The position numbers and the translations under genes are program-made. This document shows, in pieces, positions 26,507-35,344 of a DNA stretch of 51,806 nucleotides; position 1 is the first letter of the stretch, and every line of letters begins with the position of its first letter. Below the pieces are notes generated by a model. The model made no database searches, was not told the origin of the DNA, and was given only the letters and a program-made list of their open reading frames with translations. The stretch is from Girardia tigrina (lineage: Eukaryota), in NCBI GenBank assembly GCA_001938485.1, contig MQRK01246028.1, positions 1 to 51,806 on the forward strand. Reading direction: 5' to 3'.

Positions 26507-27714
26507 TTAAATCGGCCCTTCCAGAGTCAGCCGTTCTCCCTTCTCCGCTCGAAAAATCAATTTCTCCAACTGGTAAATTCTTCCCATGACTTCAATCTGA
26601 TTTTGTGGGATTAAATTTGCAATTTGGATTGATTGATCGGCCACCTCTGGTATTGGGGTTTGAGTCCCGAACTCAAGATATTTCTTCCGATGGGTTTGCG
26701 TTCCGACATTAATAATTGAATCTTCTTTAATTCCTTCCATCAGTGTCTCCATTAAGTCTTCTTCTTCTAACAACTGAACCTCTGGATCTACCAATGGGTC
26801 TAAATTTACTTCTAATATCTCTAATTCTTCTTCCAGATTTCTTTTTCTTCTTTTCTCATCGATCAGCATTCTACAATCTGGCATTGTTTTTCTTTTTTGG
26901 GTTTCCACTTCTATGGATTCCCAAATCTTATGATCAATATAATTTGGTTCAATTGCCTTGTAAATATCTTTGATTGTGGTGGCATCCTCCAAAGCATCAT
27001 GGTGTCCCGGGACTTGAATATTTCTATTAAGAATGTTTTTTGCCAGAATTTGCAATTTGAAAACATGCCTCCTTCTTTGGGTTGCTGACCCATCTCATAC
27101 AATGTTCTGGCCGCTGATAAGTCCCTAATTCCTAGCATTCCCTTCTTATTAATATTTAATACCCTCAGTTCTAGTTGGAGATCGTGTCGGACTAAAATTT
27201 TCCCAAAGCACAGTCGCTGGACTTCTTCGATGACTTCATATTCATCCCTCTGCTTTCGCATCATCGGCTCTGTAATGCCGTGATATTTCTCCCCTGTGCT
27301 TTTAATTTTATGTCTTGGCGTGGTAAGTGTATCTAGTAGTTTTTCACCCTTGCTATTTAGAATTGCGATGGACACTAATCCTATGGTTTTATCTATTTGC
27401 CCTGTTGTGAATTCTGCATCCATAAATATTATATTTCCCTGAATTTCTTTCTTTGATAAGGGTTTTCTTATAAAACTCCTCCTCTGACTAAAATCTTCCC
27501 TTGTCGGTTCGTATGACATATTCTCCAATTTTTCCTTATGAACCCTGATTTTCGGGTTATAATTTGGATTTTTCGGTGTCCTCCTAATTTCAATTGCCAC
27601 TAATGCGGGAGCGTTGTAGGCGCGCAAATAAAAATTTAGTTGCTCTTCTTTTAATTTCCAACTTGTGCGCGGCTCCAACACATTTAGTTCGCTTTCTGTA
27701 ACGCGAGATGCCAT
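26507..27714 (-). CDS. DEDDh 3'-5' exonuclease (REX4/ISG20-like) with acidic coiled-coil/TQT tail; one frameshift near 27060
   Basis: ExoI IFMDAEF; YHGIT; ExoII region ILVRHDLQLELRVL (canonical GHxxxxD altered); IRDLS; ExoIII HDALEDA in the second frame (26507-27055). Intronless, ~400 aa if joined. AATAAA follows the stop (~26468-26473, minus strand). Confidence 0.85.
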
Positions 27715-30189
27715 TACTCGCGTAATGATATATATATATATATATATATATATATCGTTGGAATTAAGAAACCTACTTTCGAAGGCCTTCTACTCTATCT
27801 GTTTTCTTCAAACTAACTCATTCTCGATGATAATAACTTATTATGCAAAAATTTGATCGAATAAAACTTTTTAAGATCCCAAAATGAGAAAAAAACGGAA
27901 AATTCAGAGTTCCCGAACAATATTAATTGCAAGATATTTATTTATAAATTATAAGCAGTTTATATTATTTTTTAATGTTTTTTTAATTAAAATTTTTTAA
28001 ATTTATAAAACTTTGTTCGCAAAGTAGAGTTCTGTCTGCATATAGAATAGATATAAAAAATTTAATTTTTGAATCTGTAATATAATTTATATGTGTACAT
28101 AAATAATATGTTAAATAGAAAGCAATTAAATAATGTAAAAAGTTGATAATAAAAATATAAAATTCTTAACAATAGTGAAAATGAACATTTAAAATGAAAA
28201 TTATTCGAACTGAGTCATGTGACTCTATCTGTGCAGTTCTGATTGACTGCACACATTGTTGGTGAATTTCTTTTCGTCAGATTTGTGAAAACGTTATTGA
28301 GAATCAGAATATTTTTTGATTAATTTTGTGGCAATATTTTGGAGCCATTTTTTTACTTTCGCTATTTTTGTATGAGTTTTTTTGTCTTTGAATTTTGTTT
28401 GGTTTGGACAATTCGAATTTTATTTCGTTAGCATCTGAGAAGAAAAAGAAATTGGTTTCTTTGGTATTCGTTGTAAATTGAGAAGAAAGATTGTGATTGT
28501 GCTCAGAGATTTATCAATAAAAATTTCATTTATCATTATTAAAAAAACAATTCGAATTGTAACGACGAATTGTGAAAAGAAATATTGCTTTACAAACAAT
28601 ATGTATGATGTCTTTATTTGGAAAACATGAAATTTTTAATTACAAAGGAAATTTAAACGAAAAAGAGAAGTCATCACAGATTTTTTCATCTTCTTTGTAA
28701 TAAATTTAAGTTTCTTTATAAAACCGATATGTGTCACTGAGAATATTCGTTTTAACAATACTCTAAATCATTTCGAGGTATGATCTCCTCGATGAATGTA
28801 TTCTTTTATAAATGGACCCAGCACAGTGACATCAATATCGAGATCACATTGCCAAATCCACTGCGTAGCCCTACTATCTCCATCCGGTTCTCGGGGCAAC
28901 TCGGAAATCGGCCGGAACAGTAAAGACTTTGTAAAGAATCGATACAAAAGTTTGGTTAATAAATTTTGATTTAAATTTATTTCTTTTTATGGTATGAAAT
29001 AATTTTCTTTTATTGTTTTGGAGGTCACATGAGTTAGAGATGTATCATTGATGACCGCAGTTCAATTACCATCCGATACTAATAACGATCGGGTAGTCAA
29101 GACGGAGATTATAAAATGAAGATTTGACTTAAAAGTATGTTTAAAATATCATTTACGTAATCATTTACGATCTTTTGACGGCCAACGCAGGGGCTGATAG
29201 TGCCTGTCAAAACGGTTCACTATCTGGTAATCGAAGAAGAGGTAACGCTCCATAAAATATCAAGACAGTATCTGCAAAAATTATTCTTGTAAGATATTTA
29301 AAGCCACCTATCAGTTGACAGATTGCAACAGGTGCTTATAGTGCCTTCCAAGACTGTTGACTATCTGACAGTGAAAACGGGATGGTGATCCATTTAAATA
29401 TCTTTAATATCACTAGGAAATGATAAATAAGTTCGTCCATTCACCAGTCTCCGTTTTGAATTTAACTTTTTGTTTATTCTCTTTTTCAATTATCATTGTC
29501 TTATGTTTCATATTCACGTTTCATTACTAACTACTTATTAATTAAGGATTGAATGATAAATTCATTACTTTGAAGTTTGAAGAAAACATAAAAATATAAG
29601 ATATTCTGAAAGAATCAAAGATTTGAAAATTAATAAATGGATAACCATTTAAAATATCCACAGACAAATGAAAGCGTAGCATGCTTTTGAAATATTTCCA
29701 TTATCATGTATGAATTATGATGAGAAACTCGAGGGCGTCTGATTATGTTTACTGGAAGAATTTAAAAGTAACATAATTGGGTCCTATCTTGTTGGGTTAA
29801 TGAAAAAAGATATTTTTGTCAAATGAATTCAGCTTTTAACGAATATGTATATACCATTTTATAAAAGGGTCAATTTTGAAACTATTAATTTAAAATAAAA
29901 TATTATCCGAATACCAAGGGCCATTAAGAAAAAATAGCATAAACATACATTTGAAAGTGGAAAAACAGTAGCAAATAGCGGAATACAAATATCAAACACA
30001 TTTGAAATTGCCGAAGAAACACAAGGCCATGAAAAAAAATTTACGAAAAATAAAGACTGATAATGGAAAATGAAAATGGAACAATAATTTTATCTGTGTA
30101 TTGTAAATATATGCTTTATATGTGATAATTAAATTGTTTGGTTTCTAAAATTTTATTTAATCTTATCTTTTTCTTTTTATACATACTAA

Positions 30190-30629
30190 GGGCCTACAAC
30201 ATTGTCTCTAAGTTTTTTAAGGCCGTTACATGTAACGGGACGTCAAAAACTAGACAACCTGGGCTCACAAAAATTCCCTTATGATGGGGTCGTAATTGAC
30301 GACCTCATGTTAGCGGAATGGCGAGTTAATGACGCAAATTTCATTTAAATTAAACCACATTAAATAAATAATTTCAGGTCCAAAACCTACTGGATTGCAA
30401 TTCAGAAGAAGTGGATGTCAAATACGGAGCCGCCATGATCCAGCTCCACACTCCAAGAATCATCTGTACCAATGCCTTGGAATTCATTATAAACTCCAAC
30501 TGGGCCGATGTTAAAATTGCGGCAATACATAGAAGAGTAGCCGTGTACAACTTCTTGGATACTCTTTACGAAGAAAAGGGTAATAACAAAGAAACGGCTC
30601 AAAAAATATCATTTGATATTCATTGTTAA
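30190..30629 (+). pseudogene. Geminivirus/CRESS-type Rep, SF3 helicase domain only, with a 44-nt intron (30334-30377)
   Basis: Exon 1: GPTTLSLSFLRPLHVT...LDNL...YDGVVIDDLMLAEWRVND (Walker A lacks GKT; Walker B VIDD). Exon 2, in frame after ...TTTCAG: VQNLLDCNSEEVDVKYGAAMIQLHTPRIICTN (KYG/B' and motif C) and AIHRRV (Arg finger). HUH nuclease half is absent. Confidence 0.8.
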
Positions 30630-30747
30630 TTATTTATAATTCAATATTATTTGTTCCGATTATATTGTTTTAACGAGTTAAAAAAATAAATATTATTTAA
30701 CTGAAAAATTATTCCTTTAATCACTTCTTAATAAAATTTATAAAAAT

Positions 30748-31242
30748 ATGGCTCCAAAAAGATTTACTCCAAAAATTCCAAAAAATGAGAACACTTCCTC
30801 CACCTTATCCAAGGAATGTCACACCACCATTAACTAAGAAAAAATTATTAAAAACTCCTGAATTTCTACAGTTAGATAATATATCACGAACATCATCAAC
30901 GACAAAAGTAACTATTGGATCATCACCCAATAAAATATCAACTACTTCATCAAGACAGTCACTAGTACCGCATTACATGCAACCAACAATAAGTAGCACG
31001 AATAAGCAAAGAACACCTCTAAACAGATTAAGACAAAACATAAAAAGTCAAGGACAAAATTTACGATGACAACTTCTTATTTACCGAGGAAAAGGATAAA
31101 AATACGGACTACTACACGAATCACCAACCAACCCTAGAGTAATGGAAAACATGAAACAACCAATACCAACAATTAATATGGACAATATTTCATTAAGAAC
31201 AATTACGCCACAAACAACACCACAAGCAAACAATACCTCATG
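30748..31242 (+). pseudogene. Basic S/T/P-rich low-complexity ORF (frameshifted), function unknown
   Basis: MAPKRFTPKIPK from 30748 shifts into ORF 30785-31069 (PPPYPR, KKKLLK, PHYMQPTISS). Coding-like A/C-rich sequence continues to ~31240. Confidence 0.4.
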
Positions 31243-31283
31243 AATCGCCTAATGTACCTGAGCCTAGGCATCATCAATCACAA

Positions 31284-31310
31284 GTACCATGGTTACCGTA
31301 ACCATGGTAC
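31284..31310. repeat. Perfect 13-bp inverted repeat with a 1-nt spacer
   Basis: GTACCATGGTTAC-C-GTAACCATGGTAC. Confidence 0.95.
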
Positions 31311-31463
31311 ATAACCTTAGAACAAATGATCCGTAATGATCACCGCTGGGAGACATGTCATTTTGAAATAACATCTCGCGACGATCATGACGTAATAGTT
31401 TATTCGGAGAATAAATCTATTCCGTCTAGAACCAATATCATTGTCAGACGAATACCGAACTAA
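31302..31463 (+). pseudogene. DWNN (RBBP6/Mpe1 ubiquitin-like) domain fragment ending in a stop
   Basis: YITLEQMIRNDHRWETCHFEITSRDDHDVIVYSENKSIPSRTNIIVRRIPN* parallels the DWNN C-terminal half (..DLQITN....EY.DD..LIPKNSSVIVRRIP). The N-terminus is lost at the palindrome. Confidence 0.6.
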
Positions 31464-31822
31464 TCTAAATCTACCTGTGAAATACCGTTAGAGAGCTTTC
31501 AAAGGCTGACTGGCATTCAAACGAAAAAAATAAAAGAAGGGAGAAAAAATACTTCGGGCTGTTTTCAGACTATTGATGAACGTTTAACAAGAATAAATGA
31601 AAAATAATTCGGAAGTTCTGTCAGAAAAACTGAATTTAAAACAGTAATTTTCGAAACAGAATGACCCTATTCCACCTGCAACAAAAGTCTCTGTCACTGA
31701 TGCTTGGCCAGAAAAAAAATAATTTTGGTAGTATGTAAAAACTCCTATTGTACTTAAAACGTGCATAGACATTATACATAACATCTGCATAATCATCTAA
31801 TGTACCTAAGCCTAGGCATTAG

Positions 31823-31888
31823 CCATCATGTCAACGTACTGCACCCATCATGGCAACGAATTGCACTCATCATATCAACGTATTGTAT
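31823..31888 (+). repeat. Three tandem 22-bp repeats
   Basis: CCATCATGTCAACGTACTGCAC / CCATCATGGCAACGAATTGCAC / TCATCATATCAACGTATTGTAT. Confidence 0.9.
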
Positions 31889-32028
31889 AGTTAACATTTT
31901 ATAGTATATATCAATATTATATATAACAAAAGTTGTTTTTTACAAGTTTATGAATAAAGATATGTATAACATGACTTTTCAAATACAAGATTTTGAATGA
32001 AGATATAACAATATATTTGAAACACAAC

Positions 32029-32466
32029 TTACATAGTTGTAAACAAAATATAGTCAAAAACACGTGTAACAAAATCCTTATAGTTCAAATCTCTCAAACC
32101 GGTGATTACAATTTTCCCAGAACCAAAAACATTTACACATATTGGATTGAAACAAGTTAATCTCAACGAAGGAAACATTTCAGGTTCATAATGATTCGGA
32201 GTAGTCTTTTTCAAAGCATTGAATTTTATGGGCTCATCATAATCACACGTCACTGCAATAGATTGTATACTGAAATTGGTGATATTGAATGGTAAAGTGG
32301 GTGGATCAATTGGTTGTTTAAAACCCATTATTCGACATTTTCCATTGCGGAAGAATATGATGGTATAATCTGGAAAGTGTAAAACACATTTCCACAGTTT
32401 AGTGTCAAAATGGAGGTCTTTCAGACAATTTTGAGTAAATCCTTTGTAATTGATATTACGCAGCAT
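32029..32466 (-). CDS. Minimal, divergent TATA-binding-protein-like protein (145 aa, intronless, intact)
   Basis: Two TBP half-repeats: TIIFFRNGKCRIMG and IQSIAVTCD..PIKF...YEPEMFPSL...VNVFGSGKIVITG (compare TBP YEPELFPGL, LIFVSGKVVLTG). Confidence 0.88.
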   Translation of the reverse strand: MLRNINYKGFTQNCLKDLHFDTKLWKCVLHFPDYTIIFFRNGKCRIMGFKQPIDPPTLPFNITNFSIQSIAVTCDYDEPIKFNALKKTTPNHYEPEMFPSLRLTCFNPICVNVFGSGKIVITGLRDLNYKDFVTRVFDYILFTTM

Positions 32467-32504
32467 TTGTTAAAAATGAATGTCACTGTATCCATCATAA
32501 TTCA

Positions 32505-32530
32505 AATTCCCGCCTTGTGTCTATTTATAC
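32505..32530 (-). promoter_or_regulatory. Putative promoter of the TBP-like gene
   Basis: Minus-strand GTATAAATAG (32521-32530) ~55 nt upstream of the ATG, followed by an E2F-like GGCGGGAA. Confidence 0.45.
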
Positions 32531-32729
32531 AATTGATACATTAAAACAAATTAATAACAAGCCTTAGTTTTGCTATTTTAAAAGTAATAAGTAATATTAT
32601 TGTTATAGTTTTTTTTCTTTTAATGCATCAAATAAAGTAAATACAATAAACGTTATGAGATATCGCAACATTCAGACATTTTGTCATTATTTCAAAATCC
32701 GTTTGACAAATTAAGTTGCTCCTGCTGAA

Positions 32730-34072
32730 ATGAAGTGGAAGTTTAAAACCTTTAATGGTGAGTATGGAAGAATCGATATTGTGAAATTACTATTATCAAG
32801 ACATTGCTGTGTGGAACCTCTTGCAACTTTTCATGAAACACCGTTACATTCTGCATGTAAATATGGACACAAAAGTATTGTTGACTTATTATTGTCATTC
32901 AACTGCAATCCTGATGCCGAAGACATATATAAAAGACAACAAATACATCATGCTTGCCGTAATGGTCATCTGAGTATTGTGAAATCGTTGATCTCGAAAG
33001 ATTGTGACATAAATGGTGAAGATGAACGTGGTAATACAGCAATTTATCTAGCTTGCAGCAGCGGTAATTTAAGTCTTGTGGAATTATTAATTTCGAAAAA
33101 TTGCAACATTCCTGTTGTTGCGGCAGCATCGCAGTGGAAGCTTATGTCATATCTTGACCTCCTGTGGGTCACCAAGGGGAGAGGAACGTTTTCGATCACG
33201 TCATCGTCATTTTTATTATCATTTATATTTTGGCTAAATTTCCTATTTTAATTATTTTTATTTTCGATAATATTTTTAATTTTATTATTTTTATTTTTAT
33301 TATTTTTATTAAAAATAAATATAAATAAATATAATAATTACATAAGGACATAGATTCATTAATCGTCCGAAGGCACCGACCGATTTGGGAATATCTGAAC
33401 ACTTGATCTTTCTTTCGCAATCATTAGAACCACTTGAGGAGCCACATATGAAATAATCTGGTTGAAATAATTTCCCAAGAATCGAATTCAGATCGTAATC
33501 GAGAGTGGTACAATTCAACTCAACCATGACGCTGATCGGCGCACACTCTCCATGAACTCCCGAAGTAACGTAAACGTCGTATCTCTGCAATCGCGAATCA
33601 CTGTCGCTTTCGTGAACACCAGTGGTCGGTTTGACTGGTGATTATTTCCCAAGACTTCGTTCCCATACTGTTTCTACAACCTTGAAAGATTCGCATTAAT
33701 TCATACCATTTATCATGAATTTCTTCACAAAATTTGATATACAATCTCCGATCGATAATTTTTACATGATTATTTTCAAACGTCTTTACAAAATAATCCG
33801 CATTTAAGTCATAGTCGAATAGCATGAATAATTCTTTGGTAATAATCAAATCAATGTCTATTTTCATCAAGATTTTTTATTATATAACAATCACAATTTC
33901 GTCAAATTTCTCCGCAGTTACCGTGAGNNNNNNNNNNNNNNNNNNNNNNNNNNNNNNNNNNNNNNNNNNNNNNNNNNNNNNNNNNNNNNNNNNNNNNNNN
34001 NNNNNNNNNNNNNNNNNNNNNNNNNNNNNNNNNNNNNNNNNNNNNNNNNNNNNNNNNNNNNNNNNNNNNNNN

Positions 34073-34108
<36 letters not shown>

Positions 34109-34977
34109 AATCATTAAACAAAATAAACATCTTTTTGACTATAAAAATATTTAAGAGATTTTTTTCTTTTTAACTTAATTTACTTTAATTTACGAAAACA
34201 TAAAAATTTACTTATTTTTTTAGAATTCCAAATTTAACGAAATTCTAAATTTAACGAAACCGAACACCTGTCAAAAATGAAAAGGATGAATCGATCATGC
34301 ACTTTGCTTGTTGTGGGGGTAATCTGAGTATTGTAGAATTATTAGTATCAATGAAATGTGACATTCATGTCAAAGATAAATTTGGAATGTGGCCAATTCA
34401 CTATGCATCTCAAACCGGCAATCTGAGTATTGTAAAATTATTGATTTCAATGGATTGTGACATTCATGTTCAAGATAGAGAAAGAAATCAGGTCACACAT
34501 TACGCGTGTTGATCGGATAATGTTGAACTTGTTGAATTTTTGCATTCGAAAGGCGCAGAATTAGAAGCTGAAAATTCGTACAAACAGAGACCGCTGCATG
34601 AAGCATGTAACTGGGGCTCTAAAAATTTAGTTGAATATTTATTATCTAAAGGATACGATATCGAAGTGATGGATAATGAAAATATGAGATGAATACATTA
34701 CGCATGTGAAGACGATTCAACTACTGATATTGCAGAATTATTGATATCTCACAATTGTAACCTTGAATGTAAGATTGAGGACGGAAACAGACCGATACAC
34801 ATTGCTTGTAGAAATAATGATACAAATCTTTTAAAGTTACTTTTAACAACCAATTGTCAAATAAATACGAAAAATTATGATGGACATAGGCCACTTGATT
34901 TATTAACTTACCGTGATAGAGATGATCTTGTCGAATTACAAATGCAAAACATTATTATGCAAATCACAAACCTTTAA
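32730..34977 (+). pseudogene. Intronless ankyrin-repeat gene (~10 repeats) split by an insertion, with two in-frame TGA codons
   Basis: Repeated TPLHSAC/IHHAC/PIHYAS/PLHEAC...G.L.IV.LL..... units. Removing 33116-34271 restores CNIPVKNEKDESIMHFAC. TGA at 34510 and 34690. Confidence 0.92.
33116..34266. mobile_element. TG...CA-bounded insertion (solo-LTR- or Ginger-like) with 5-bp target-site duplication
   Basis: Ends TGTTGCGG...CCGAACA. CCTGT is duplicated at 33111-33115 and 34267-34271. Contains a gap, a TA tract and two short unassigned minus-strand ORFs. Confidence 0.85.
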
Positions 34978-35344
34978 TGAACTTAACCAAGTAACTGAAG
35001 AAAAGGAGATTGATGATGAGACAGTTAATGGACCTAACCAATTAACTGAAGAGATAAATGCTGATCAACCTAATCTAGTCGAACCAGTCAGACCAGTAGG
35101 GCGGCCTAGACTAGTCAGGCTTCCTAGGTTAGTTGGACAACCAATAGTAGCCAAGGCTAGCCAGACAACCAAGGATATCCAGGCCTCAATTGATGAAGAC
35201 TTTGTTAGTCAGGATAACCAAGTTAGTTATTTTCAACCAAAACAAAGAGATGCTGCACAAACATTTTCCTCACCATGGGTTTCTACATCAACAACATATA
35301 GAGGATATCAGATTAACTTGTTGAAATATCGAAAAATCAATTAA
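34913..35344 (+). CDS. Low-complexity ORF overlapping the ankyrin 3' end; AT-hook-like RPVGRPR
   Basis: Open 143 codons with a NQ(V/L)TEE duplication and a GRPR core. May be a frameshifted ankyrin tail. Confidence 0.3.
   Translation: MIEMILSNYKCKTLLCKSQTFNELNQVTEEKEIDDETVNGPNQLTEEINADQPNLVEPVRPVGRPRLVRLPRLVGQPIVAKASQTTKDIQASIDEDFVSQDNQVSYFQPKQRDAAQTFSSPWVSTSTTYRGYQINLLKYRKIN

Larger units (their letters stand above)
25223..27727 (-). mobile_element. (TA)n-flanked cassette carrying DEDDh exonuclease gene(s)
   Basis: TA tracts at 25205-25222 and 27728-27755. GC-rich hairpin cluster at the left end (25228-25345) and a palindrome at the right end (27712-27727). Contains one near-complete and one deleted exonuclease copy. 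Spans a 50-N gap. Confidence 0.45.

Noticed and set aside
27050-27070. Programmed frameshift in the exonuclease
   Set aside because: No canonical slippery heptamer, and the shift splits the catalytic domain. A 1-nt mutation or sequencing error is more likely.
31823-31888. CRISPR array (also considered for 35758-35827 and 24523-24600)
   Set aside because: Units are adjacent or have very short spacers, there are no cas genes, and the context is eukaryotic.
32591-32599. Geminivirus nonamer TAATATTAC on the minus strand between the divergent TBP-like and ankyrin genes
   Set aside because: No GC-rich stem encloses it, and such an AT-rich 9-mer is expected by chance in this composition. The position is suggestive but insufficient.
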